Part shown: one piece after another, positions 21,215 to 33,541 of the stretch
Layout of the letters: every line of letters starts with the position of its first letter
Numbering within the stretch: the stretch's first letter is position 1
DNA from: Nemertoderma westbladi
Lineage: Eukaryota > Animalia > Xenacoelomorpha
Assembly: GCA_032718475.1 (NCBI GenBank)
Contig: JAUCBJ010003734.1
Coordinates: 62,001-126,000 of the forward strand
Reading direction: 5' to 3'
Length of the DNA stretch: 64,000 bases
The notes under the pieces: generated by a model
Told to the model about the DNA's origin: nothing
The model's input: the letters and a program-made list of their open reading frames with translations, nothing else
Database searches by the model: none
Made by a program: the position numbers and the translations under genes

Positions 21215-22994
21215 TGATAAACAACCGCGACCTCTATACTAACAGCAGAACTGTTGAACAGACAAATACCCGTTAATATCCTTCTGTCAACCTAATGAGC
21301 TCTCGCCTAACCAATAAGACACAAAGACTGCTCTACCGTTAAGTAAAGGGGATCAGGAGCGTGATATTACTAAATTGTAAAGGTTGCTAAATACAAAACC
21401 GCTACTTACCGTTAGATGGCGCTAACCTGCCGTCCGCTAATATATTTTACTAAATTTACACAGCTCCTGCAAAATGCAAATAACCGCTCAGCGTGAATAG
21501 TTTACAGTACTCTAATTATTACCTTAGCTACTCTCCGCTATGCTGCGTACTAATTCTTAATTTTTTACTAATCAATTACAGTCACAAATATTTAACAGCG
21601 TACTAATTACTAAGAGTTCCAGAATGCGTAATTCTAATTTATCACGCAACAGGTTTCGCTAGTAATAGCCTAAATTGCCGTATTACTTTGACCTAATCAG
21701 TAACTAATCGTTGTAACTAAGAAATAGAAATCAATCAAAGAGAAAAGGGCGCCTACCTAAACATTCACAATCATAGGCACACTTCAGTAACACACCAATC
21801 AGCGTCAGCAATCACAGTTCGCAATTATGCAGTTAACTACTGTATAGCCCACAATTGTGCGATTCACTATTCGTACTCCACACTCAACGTTGTAATACGC
21901 GCAGGCCTCTCCCGGATACATCTAGGCTTCCTAACTAACCCGATTCCTGCCCCCCTAATACTAAATAGAGACGAAACCTGGATCATCAGCCCCCTAGTTA
22001 CTGTATCGGCGAATGGTCTGCGTGTTACAGTGCAAAATGCCCGCCCGCAACGGTGACCCCCCGCCAGCGTTGCCCGTCTTTGAATCCTCCGCTCTCCCCT
22101 AGTCGCTCAACCCCCCGATGTGCCCACCGCCTACTGGCACCTTAGCCCTCCATCATGCTAATAGCTACCGTAGCGGCGCATGCAAAATCACAAAGTCTGA
22201 CAGTCTCAGAAATCCCTTAGGATTATTGCGTAGAAAGGAATCACATAGAACCATTAATCAAAAGGTAGAAATCATAGTTCCGGTTGTAATTAGCAGTAAT
22301 CGATAGGATTAATTGAGAAACACAATCAAGAATAATCGCACTAGCAAATCATTTCGAGAAATTAATCGAAAATAGCAAATTGCAGAAATACGCTAAAATA
22401 TCCGTCAAAAGGTGAATAGGGACAGCTCAGCAAGTACAGGGGTGATAGAGATAGAGCTCTACCGGCACACCGCCAATTTATAGGTGATCCGAGTGGGTGA
22501 TGCAATAGGGTGACTCAATCGCTCTCCTATTGGCTCTCCAGTCCGCGCTAGCATTAGACCAACCTGGAAGCAGTTAGTCCAATAAGGAGGCCGGATTGTA
22601 GCCCTATTGCTGCCCAAACCTCAAATTATTACCATATATGGTAATGGATCATGTCCCTGGCTGCTGAATGGCCAGGACAGCGTCTCTATATGCTAGCCCT
22701 ATTGATGCTAATATCAGCAAGCACAAAATCCAGGGTCCGACTAAACTTGCTACCCTGGAACTATCTACATATATCCTAATACAAAATTACGTAGGTAGGG
22801 CTACATATTATACAAAATGGATGGATTCAAATATATGGGCGTTTTGGTTTCCCTATCTAAATATCACCTCGCTATTATATCTTATCTAAAGTATTATGCT
22901 GCACAACGGACTAATATTGCGTACAGTATAACGGACTAATATATTATACTGCATAATGACTAATAATGTGGATACAGCGCCATATACCTTAACA
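21215..22994 (-). repeat. 5' LTR of element B (1780 bp; lacks a 392-bp block present in the 3' LTR)
   Basis: Matches 4214-6386 except for the missing equivalent of 4475-4866, one C in a C-run and about five substitutions seen by eye. Confidence 0.95.
22476..22645 (-). promoter_or_regulatory. Candidate LTR (U3) promoter: CArG box, CCAAT boxes, AP-1, C/EBP-ATF site, TATA
   Basis: Palindrome ATTACCATATATGGTAAT at 22628-22645, TGACTCA, TGATGCAAT and sense TATAAAT at 22476-22482. The same cluster is at 5868-6037. Motif match only. Confidence 0.55.
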
Positions 22995-25100
22995 TACATG
23001 AAAGAAGGTATATTTTTGTAATTTAATTTGTATGTAGTATCATTATGCAATAAGAGTAGCAATATTTTGTACGTAATTATTATAGAACGAAGTTGTTTGA
23101 TTTATTTGAAAGTAAATATATTTTGTTATTCCACATCGCCCTATTTCTTCTACAATTGGAGGGAAACATTACTTGTTTCCCTTGGAGCGGTATTACGATA
23201 TATGGCGTTGTGTACCAGAACAGCCCATTATACAGTATGGAGCGATTAGATAAGTTATATCGATGTACAGCATTCATTAGATAGGGAAAATAAAATACAC
23301 GAGTTTATATAATTCATCCGATTTTGTACAGTATGTAGCCTTACATATGTAAATTTGTAATAAAACCTTAGTATATAAATTTACGGTAGCAAACTTTCAT
23401 AAAACATTAATATGAGTTTGCCGTTTATTGACATTAACCGAACTTAATATGTATTTGTACTAATTTCTCTTATATTTCTCTAAAAACTAACGTTGTACTA
23501 AATTGATGCTAATGTGCTTTAATAATCGCGAAATTAATGCTACGGCCATAAACCTATAAGCCCACCGAGACAGATTCATTACCATATATGGTAATAATTT
23601 GAGAAATGGGGAAGCATAGGATCTCGATCCGGCTCTCCCATTGGCCTAGCTATTTTAGGTTGATCTAATGGTAGTAGAATTTGTTGGACCAATGATATAA
23701 CCATTGCGTCATACCAATTTTTTTGTCAGTATCAGTGTTCAGTGTATCAGTACACCAGTACAGTGGTATAGTGCTCGTGTTAGTTGATTTAAATGTTTTA
23801 ATCTTCTTGCTTGTTACTTCTGCTAATTCTGTAAATTGTTATATGCTGATTTCTACTGTTACGCCTTTTGATTACAACTTTGAATAATGATCTTCTTGCA
23901 TTGACTCTTGATTTCTTTAATCTTTGTGATTGCGATGTAGCAAATCCTTACAAGGATTTTCCCTTTCAACTGTCAGACTGTTTGTAAATGCATGCGCCGA
24001 TACGGTAACTATTTGCTTTAGCATGATGGGCTAAGGGTACCGGTAGGCGTAGCGGGTGTACTGAGGAAGCGACGGAAGGAGGAGTGGAGAATCCAATGAG
24101 GGGCAAAGCTGTGCGGAGGGCTAGCAGTTGTGGTTGGGATTATCAATAGGGACCGTGGACCGGTCATCACTACAGTGTTTGGGGGCTGACAATACAGACT
24201 TCGTCTCAACCTTGTAGTACTAGGGTAGTAATAGCGGGTGTAGTTAGGAGGACCGCATGTAGTCTGGGTGACCTTATTGCTCTCTTACACTAATCTATAC
24301 GCTAGTTTACACTAGTCGACACTAGCTGACTAGCGCTGTCGATAGCACTACCAGCGCTGTTGCTAATGCTATTTTATGTTGTGTTGCTGAAGAGTGCCTG
24401 ATGTTTGAATGTAAATGATTAGATAGGCGCTACTTTTCTTGATTGTTTTCTATTTCTAAGTTTATGCTTATTAATTGCTGTTAGGTCAAAATAATACAGT
24501 ATTTAGGCTGTTGCTAGTATAACTCAGTAACGTAATAATTAGTAGTACGTATTCTGGAATACTTCGTAATTAGTACGCAAATCTGTAATTTTGAGACACC
24601 GTAGTTTATTTAGCATGTTAGAATAAAATTAAGAACTTGTACGCTGCATAGCGGAGAATAGTTGGGTAAATTACTCTTAGAATTACCGTAGATTATTCAA
24701 CGCTAGGTGGTTATTTGAAAATAGCGAGTTAGCGGACTGACAGTGGTAGCCAGTGTAGCACAGTAGTAATTTGCTGGCCTAAAGCCAGCGCAAGGACAAG
24801 TTCCGACATTAGGGCAAATTAATAGCCTATCCCATTATAATAGTAAAATATTCTCACATTCGACGTTATTCCGCCCGATAACTGCCTGTAATTCTCTTTG
24901 GGAAGTGGGCGCCGAGTGCTAAGTCACCGCACTCATATTAAGTAGCTTAGGGAGCCATTTCAGATTTATTGTTTTGGTTGCTGCTGTTTTGGATTATAAA
25001 TTCAAACAGTTAGCTCTCTGTTGAGAAATCGACAGAGAAAGGAGCGTGTGATTGTCAGAGCCGTATAGTTCATAACAGTAAAATATTCTTAGAAGACGGT
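22995..25100 (+). mobile_element. Element A, right part: rest of 3' UTR, PPT (23184-23190) and diverged 3' LTR starting at 23191 (right end approximate)
   Basis: Reverse-complement similarity to ~6610-4430 of element B. GGAGCGG is followed by TATTACG (TGTTACG in B); CArG palindrome kept at 23578-23595; similarity fades near 25100. Confidence 0.85.
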
Positions 25101-25399
25101 TCTGGAGGTCCTGCTTGCGTTCGACAGTAAGAGATTGCGTTGGGCTAAGGTGGATCGCTTAACAGATCTCGCATTGAAAAGCCCAATGCAAAAACTAGAT
25201 TCACCAAAACTAAGAGCTGGCTGATCCAGCCAGAGTTTGGATCCGTTCCAGCCACCCTGGGACAAAGGATCTGGAACATCCAGACGATCTGGAACCGAGG
25301 GGAACCGCTTCTACTATTCTAGAACCAAGCAGGAAAACCCCTAGACGTCAATGCAGTGATATTAGAAACAGTCTGGGTTGGAGAGATAAAGTTAACTTT

Positions 25400-26700
25400 T
25401 AGTCAATCATTTTGTGTTGGTATTTCTCCCAAACTCTGCCGAGATTGATATTGATGTTTTGTTGATTTGCAGACTGAAACTCGTGGAGGCGCGATTGTAA
25501 GATCAACCAGTTTGTGCGAATCTCCCAATGATATATGGTTGTTGATTTTTGAAGTGCGCGTTGAATTATCCTGCCGAAATCTATCTGGTCTAGACTCAGT
25601 AGTAGCTTCCACAACTTATCCATTGTATATGACACGGGATTTACCAGGATATGCTGCAATCCGATATCTTCGCTCATCACGCAGCTCAAATTGCAATCGT
25701 CTTTCTTCTGGTGTATATTCGGGAGAAATATACACTCGCTTGTAATGTTCTACATTGCGAAGTTCCCGAGAGTTGCGTAGAAGCTGCTGACCTTTCTCTG
25801 TTGGAAGAGTAACAACTATCGTGGTCGATCGAATACCTTTTTGATATTAACAAAAACGCTTCGTGCTTATATCACTTTTAACTAAACCTTTATGGATCTA
25901 GCAATATCTATTACATTGTAATTACATTGTAATAGTATTACAATCCTTATATTTCCGATCCGTAGATTTATCACTAGATTTACATTTGTTGTGCTCCTAT
26001 TCCTCGCGTTTTATCTGCTTGATTGAACTGCAATGTTTGGAGATTTCCTATTCGATTTTACATTAAAAGCATAAGATACTTCGGTCCATTCACCCCCATT
26101 GTTATAAACTGTGCTTGTTTCCTTAAGCTTGATAACTGATATTTCAGTTTCAAGATCGCTCATCATTGCTGTGGTTTCCTCACTTTCTGTTTCTAGTTGA
26201 ACACGGACTTCCTCCAATCTAGAGAATGCCGATTCTCTAGTGTCATTGCACTTCTTTTCCAATTTTTCCGATCTACTGGAAAAGTTGTCCAATTGCTGCT
26301 GCATCTCGAGTGGATTATCCGCGACTCGCGATTCGTGTTTCTCAAAGTCTGCGACTACTCCAAGCAAAGCGCGTTGGCTCACACAAGGACCGCAGTAAAA
26401 ATCAACTCTGCCAAACCCAGTTCCTTCCCTAGAAAATCATTGAAACTTCGCAGTTAGAACCAGAGCAGTTCCGACCTCGATTTCAGTAAATCCATCAACC
26501 TGGTTGACATCCCGCGGCACATTTTGCCTACTTTTCCTTTTAATTCGTGTAGATTTGGAATTGATTTGACGCGACACTATTTGTCTCTGAGTAGCGATAG
26601 AGTTTCGTCTTGCTTTTCGTCCTGCCTGTTTTTATGCTATTGTCTTGATTTTTCATGAACTCATTTCCGTAATAACGTTTTTGGGCATTACGCATAATTT
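25400..26700 (-). mobile_element. Decayed LINE (CR1/L2/Jockey-like) ORF1 remnant
   Basis: Coiled-coil ORF 26011-26382 ending ..GEWTEV.., and QLLRNSRELRNVEHYKRVYISPEYTPEERRLQFELRDE at ~25670-25795, which resembles the ORF1 C-terminal motif. Interrupted by stops. Confidence 0.65.
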
Positions 26701-27765
26701 TTGTTGTTTCAGTTAGTTTGTGTTTCGGTAGGTTTTATTTTCTGAAAGTTTTAATCCGACGGGTTTTACATGAAAGCAGTGTATAGTTTATTTTTCCTCC
26801 TTACACACTTGAATTGCATGCTTAAATTATCATTTAAAAAATTTGAACATTGTTTAGCCTGGTTGCGATGGTTACTAGATTTTCTAATTAACTTCAATCG
26901 GCTCGGCTATGGTCCTTATAGGTAAATTGGATGTGTATCATGATTTAGTGCACAAGTGCGTCGATTGGTTATAGAGAATGATCAATGTGCAAACTGTAGA
27001 GTGACTAGATGTTAGTATTATTGGTGCATTTAACATGCCGATTTTGGATGTTGACTTCATTCCTAGAGTGTAGTTCTACATCTGTTATCATTGATAATAG
27101 AAACAATACAAGTTTTATGTAACACAAACGTTCTTATTTATGACACTTCCACTGGGGTCCAAACACATCGCTCGACCGGATTATCCAACAGCAGGTACCC
27201 TGTCCGAACCCAGAGTGATAGAGAGAAGGGAGGTAGAGATATTCAACATTCTCACCACCCGAGGAAAGTCATTCTTGAATCATTCTCGAATCATTCTTGA
27301 ATCTTTACAATTGTACATAAATTTCTAGCTTGTAGTCCTGATAACACATGCCAAGTGTCAGAAAATGTTGTCATGAAGTCTACGTCTAAATGAAGAGGTT
27401 GTCATGAAACTGAAAAATTTAACAATGTAATTCGGATGCAGAATAAGTGATATAGTGGGGGATAGGGTTTGTTACCTATAATAAATCTTAAAGATTTGCT
27501 TCAAATTATCATTTTATAAATTTGAACATCTGTTTTGCCTGCTTGCCAATTTTAACTGAAATTTCTAATTAAGCTCAACCTACTCGGCTATGGCCCTTAT
27601 AGTCGAGTTTAGTTTAGTCGAGCCCCCCCGCCCCCACCCCTCCCCCCCCCCCCCCCCCCCCGGTGATGCGCTTTCTCACTTTTTTCCTAATCAAAACAAC
27701 TTATTACACTATCATTTATTAAAGTTGCATTAGCAGCTCAACTACATTTCAATAATAATGCAAAC

Positions 27766-27885
27766 CTGTCATTCATCAATGTATCAGATCTAGTTTGTCC
27801 AGTACTGAAATACAAGGAGATGTCTTTGTTCATTTCACAATATCCTCCAGCACAACCTCCGGTCACTCGTTGCTGATAATATAAT
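27766..27885 (-). CDS. Host gene exon (phase 2-2), continuation of a discoidin/F5-8 type C-like domain
   Basis: tttgcag acceptor and AG|gtttg donor; 120 nt. In frame with exon 48553-48712, giving ITG-LYYQQRVTGGCAGGYCEMNKDISLYFSTGQTRSDTLMND. Confidence 0.7.
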
Positions 27886-28082
27886 CTGCAAATCATGTCA
27901 AATAAAATCAAATAGAATCAAATAAATCATGTATAACTACTTAAGCTTACTACAGATTAATTTGCTTCAGGTATTATATCCGTTATTTTATATATGTTAT
28001 ATTATATCGAACAGGAAATAATTATTGTTTATTTTGTGTTTTTATTTGGATGCATACTTACACTTACACTTACTACTACAGC

Positions 28083-28262
28083 AGGACAATTCGGTCCCGG
28101 ACAATTCGGTCCCGGACAATTCGGTTCGGACAATTCGGTCCCGGACAATTCGTTCCCATTAATTTTGTGTTTTGGGACCGATATATACGGGACTGAATTG
28201 ACCGGACCGAATTGTCCGGGACCAAATTGACCGGACCGAATTGTGCGGGACAGAATTATCCT
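28083..28262. mobile_element. Foldback/MITE-like element built from 14-15-bp subrepeats
   Basis: About five GGACAATTCGGTCCC units followed by about five inverted GGACCGAATTG(T/A)CC units. Confidence 0.65.
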
Positions 28263-28269
28263 ACATCCA

Positions 28270-29875
28270 CATTATTGAGGCAAACTTACACTTACACAAC
28301 CTTTGACTTATTACGGCAGCTTACACAACCTTACATGAATGAAGTCAACTTACAAATACATAACCTACATTATTGAGGTAAACTTACACAATACACAACC
28401 TTACATTATTTAGGCAAACTTAAACTTTAACCTTACATAATTGAGGCAAACTTACACTTACACAACCTTACATTATTGAGGCAAACTTACACTTACAAAA
28501 CATTACATTATTGAGGCAAACTTACACATTATATTAATGAGGTAAACTTACACTTAAACAACCTGACATTATTGAAGGATGCTTACACTTACATAACATT
28601 ACATTATTGAGGCAAACTAAACACATACACAACATTCCGTTATTGAGGCAAACTGACACTTAAACAACATAACATTATTGAGGCAAACTTACACTTACAC
28701 AACCTTACATTATTGAAAAAAGCTTACACTTACACAACATTACATTATTGAAGCAAACTAAACACATACACAACATTCCGTTATTGAGGCAAACTGACAC
28801 TTAAACAACATAACATTATTGAGGCAAACTTACACTTACACAACCTTACATTATTGAAAAAAGCTTACACTTACACAACATTACATTATTGAAGCAAACT
28901 AAACACATACACAACATTCCATTATCGAGACAAACTGACACTTAAACAACATTACATTATTGAGGCGAACTTACACTTACACAACCTTACATTATTGAAA
29001 AAAGCTTAAACTTACACAACATTACATTATTGAAGCAAACTAAACACATACACAACATTCCGTTATTGAGGCAAACTGACACTTAAACAACATAACATTA
29101 TTGAGGCAAACTTACACTTACACAACCTTACATTATTGAAAAAAGCTTACACTTACACAACATTACATTATTGAAGCAAACTAAACACATACACAACATT
29201 CCGTTATTGAGGCAAACTGACACATAAACAACATAACATTATTGAGGCAAACTTACACTTACACAACCTTACATTATTGAAAAAAGCTTACACTTACACA
29301 ACATTACATTATTGAAGCAAACTAAACACATACACAACATTCCGTTATTGAGGCAAACTGACACTTAAACAACATAACCTTATTGAGGCAAACTTACACT
29401 TACACAACCTTACATTATTGAAGAAAGCTTACACATACACAACATTACATTGTTAAGGCAAACTAAACACGTAAGCAACATTACATTATTGAGGAAAACT
29501 TACACATACACAACATTACATTGTTAAGGCAAACTAAACACGTAAGCAACATTACATTATTGAGGAAAACTTACACTTACACAACTTACATTATTGTGGC
29601 AAACTTACACTTACACAACCTTACATTATTGAAGAAAGCTTACACATACACAACATTACATTGTTAAGGCAAACTAAACACGTAAGCAACATTACATTAT
29701 TGAGGAAAACTTACATATACACAACATTACATTGTTAAGGCAAACTAAACACGTAAGCAACATTACATTATTGAGGAAAACTTACACTTACACAACTTAC
29801 ATTATTGTGGCAAACTTACACTTACACAACCTTACATTATTGAGGCAAACTTAAACTTACACAAAATTACATTAA
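28270..29875 (+). repeat. 34-35-bp satellite (CATTATTGAGGCAAACTTACACTTACACAACCTTA) with a 140-bp four-monomer higher-order repeat
   Basis: Tandem array seen directly. Variant pattern recurs every 140 bp over ~28600-29400. Confidence 0.95.
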
Positions 29876-32361
29876 ATTTATAGGAATAAATATAATAAGC
29901 CTATCGTAAATACCGGTATGTCAATTATTTTATAATAACTGAATTTCTGAATTTTAGGGTTACTTTACGTTACTTTATTACCGTTATTTAAGCAGTAGTC
30001 CAACTGATATTAAGACATAATTGATGGATGACAGGCCTACTATTTTATAAATCGGTTTGAGTTGATTTATAATATATATATAACCTTATAATGGGTTTTT
30101 TGACAATATTTGAAATAAATGTTATTATTTCTGGTAAGGAGTCACTACACAGAAGCTGTACGCTCTCAGTGAAGTGCTACTTGTTGGACACTAAAACAAA
30201 TAATTCTACTTGACTAAGTTACTTATTACTACAAATTACGTACAATTACGGGTGAGATTACAATCTCTAAATAAACACAAAAAAATTACACGTACAAATT
30301 TTAGGGTAATTTTACAGGAAATCTACAAACCAGTCTAACAAGGGTTAGAATTTCTGGTTATTACAAACGGACAGGAAACTACGGTATTTGAAAATAATAA
30401 AGCAGTAGTAAATATATTGCCTTGTCTAGATAAGAAAATACCACCGTCTGACGACTTATAGTCTCTAGCTTTACAGCTCTATAAGTACTACGTTATGTAC
30501 CCGGAATGTCCCTACCTAGAAGTTAATTACCGCAGCCAACCATAGCTAACGTGCCTATTAACCACTTTACAACACAAATATACTGCCCACACACTAATTA
30601 CCTTCGGAAAGCACTGTACACTAAAGCCTAAATTAGGTACAAGTACTTATACAACAAATAACCAGCAGTTAAAAATACTTGTACAGCTAAAAGAACCACG
30701 GTATCTGCTGGAGTGACTAGAGCATAAAATCACCAGTCTTTACCTACGCCAAACAGCCCTGATGTAGTACCGGGGTTAATTTAACTATAACGGTATGTAT
30801 AACAAGCACAATTACTGTAGGAATAAACTTGGGGTTGTGTATGTTGCGAATAATCACATAAACTCTGAATAATAAATATTACGCTACCCGTACAGACTAC
30901 ACAAACAACATACAAACCAAATGCTGACAGACTACTATCAAGCCTAAATAAACTACAGTATATGCAGACTCCGAAATGGTTAGTTAGTATGCGTTCTAAC
31001 CGAGTAGTACGACTTATTCTTTCGGAGGGGATTTACCTTACAACACTGGATGCCCCCACCTTCCTAACTAGTATTTTATCGGACATACACTCTACACACA
31101 CTGCAATCTCTTTGGACCTGACAACAGCCAGACAACAATCCAGCCTACAAATTACTTGTACAATCTGAGCAGGCTTACACGCCTTCTGCTCAATATTAAC
31201 TTACAGATAAATAAAACTGACAGAAATTAATAAGCTCAAAAAGAAACAAGGGGTGTACAGTCCCTAATCTCTTAAACAGCCTACCAATATACAATATCAC
31301 AATCGAAATAATACTAGTACCTGTACTGCTGTAAGTACCGGTTCGGGTGGTTAGGCAGTCAGGCCTACAGGTTACCGGTCGACCGCTACTTTCGACTTTA
31401 TTGCCTACGTTGCAATAAAGAAACTAGAATAACTGTTATTGTTCTTACCAGAACAATAGACAACTATATTTATTGCCTACACTGCAATCTGAAACAAATA
31501 ACTGTAATTGTTCGCGCTTTTAGACCTTTAGCAGTTTAACCTGCCAATTTTAGGTGTCTTCTAGTTTATAAATCGACTTTAGCCTATAACAAGTATTTGA
31601 TACACATAAAGCTACATTAGCCGAAGCCAGCCTATGCGCGATCATTCACCCACGGTTAAGGGAGACTGGATTCGGATGCTCTGACCTTATTGCGGTGTAG
31701 ACTCACTGTACTATTCGATTGATCGTTAATATATAATCTCTGACAAATATTATTCACTTTCGGGAAATATTAACATTTCCTTTAGGACGTGGCGCTCTAA
31801 GTATGTAAACAGAGTTATGACTTACACTAAACACAACGGGATGGCTAATGATTTTCGTATAAAGCGCATTCTTTGGGAAATGCTTTGTTATCTGTCACAC
31901 TCATGCACACTACCGCACACTGCTGCACACTGATCTGCCGACCTTCACTAAATTTGATCATATATAAGAAGAATAGCAACTGACACATGTAGGGATTATG
32001 AAATAGCATTCAATTCACTCCAAAACCACTATAATGTAAGTCGCAGTTGCTACAGGTAACTGGCCCCTCTTACCTTCAGTATATCAAGAAGATTGGGGTT
32101 TTATGATTATTTATCGATATTCTCCAAATATAACAACATATCCATCAACTTATAACAATAAATAACCGACAGTAAACAGAAGTAAAATAATGCGGTGAAA
32201 GTTGGGTAGGACGTAATGCATTGAGTTTACTGGACTGTACCGTGTGCCGTGATAACAGTTATATGTTCCTATAATCAAAGCCGTTCTAATGTTTGGCTAA
32301 AGTCTGAAACTCAGAATAATTCCAAAGCCGATGTTCTGGGGCTCAGGAAAAGGTAAACAAA
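29876..32361 (-). mobile_element. Inverted 5' part of BEL/Pao element C: partial 5' LTR (31509-32361) and 5' UTR
   Basis: Reverse complement of ~43412-45466. Its distal end resembles the tandem units at 33200-33410 upstream of gag and joins them when the segment is re-inverted at TTAA. Confidence 0.75.
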
Positions 32362-33199
32362 GTTTGCCACAATAATGTAGGTTGCGTTTGGGTAAGTTTA
32401 CATTTGCCACAATAATGTAAGTTCTGTATGTGTAAGTTTACCTCATCAATGTAAGGTTGTGTAAGTGTACGTTTACCACAATATTGTAGGTTGTAAATAC
32501 TGTAAGTTTACCTCATTAATGTAATGTTGTGTAAGTGTAAGTATTCCTCAATAATGTAAGGTTGTGTAAGTGTAAGTTTGCCACAATAATGTAGGTTGCG
32601 TTTGGGTAAGTTTACATTTGCCACAATAATGTAGGTTGTGTATGTGTAAGTTTACCTCATCGATGTAAGGTTGTGTAAGTGTACGTTTGCCACAATATTG
32701 TAGGTTGTAAATACTGTAAGTTTACCTCATTAATGTAATGTTGTGTAAGTGTAAGTTTTCCTCAATAATGTAAGGTTGTGTAAGTGTACGTTTGTCACAA
32801 TAATGTAAGGTTGTGTAAGTGTACGTTTACCTCATTAATGCTGTAATTTTGTTCAAGTGTAAGTTTTTCTCAATAATTTAAGGTTGTGTAAGTTTAAGTT
32901 TTACACAACAATGTAGGTTGTGTAAGTGTACATTTGCGTTTGCCACAATAATGTAAGTTTGGGTAAGTGTACATTTGCCACAATAATGTAGGTTGTGTAT
33001 GTGTAAGTTTACCTCATTAATGTAATTTTGTTCAAGTGTAAGTTGTTCTCAATAATTTAAGGTTATGTAAGTTTAAGTTTGCCACAATAATGTAGGTTGT
33101 GTAAGTGTACGTTTGCGTTTGCCACAATAATGTAAGTTTGGGTAAGTGTACATTTGCCACAATAATGTAGGTTGTGTATGTGTAAGTTTACCTCATTAA
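32362..33199 (-). repeat. Inverted block of the 34-35-bp satellite
   Basis: Reverse complement of the same monomer. 32362-32755 mirrors ~42328-42725, including rare variants. Confidence 0.93.
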
Positions 33200-33541
33200 G
33201 CTGAAATTATATACCGGTATTCTGTAATTAATTCTAGTCTATAATTATACCTATATATACTATAAGTGTAAGCTGTATACTGGTATTCACAGTAGGCTTA
33301 TTATATATTTATATATATTTGCGCTGAAATTATATACCGGTATTCTGTGATGAACCCTAGTCTGTAATAATACTTATATTATATACTATAAGTGTATACC
33401 GGTATTCTAATATATTGTATATAACACGTTACACTGAGTAACGGTATCGGTAATTAATTACTAGGCTTATAGTTGATACTGAATTACTAGACTTGCTTTA
33501 ACTGTAGTTATAGTAGTAGGCATTCAACTGTACAAACAAAC

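Larger units (their letters stand above)
4214..22994 (-). mobile_element. Full-length BEL/Pao LTR retrotransposon element B (18,781 bp): LTR - gag-pol - ORF2 - LTR
   Basis: Two near-identical LTRs with TG...CA ends on the minus strand, 5-bp TSD TACAT at 4209-4213 and 22995-22999, uninterrupted 2793-aa gag-pol and second long ORF, PPT next to the 3' LTR. Confidence 0.96.

Noticed and set aside
26823-27605. Two ~100-bp diverged repeats (~26823-26922 and ~27505-27602) as the next host exon
   Set aside because: The most plausible frame has TGA and TAA stops in both copies, and I found no fitting phase-2 acceptor.
28270-29875. Arrays of 29-37-bp repeats (also 45518-48392 and 51385-54640) as CRISPR arrays
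   Set aside because: Head-to-tail monomers with no unique spacers, no cas genes, and a eukaryotic context.
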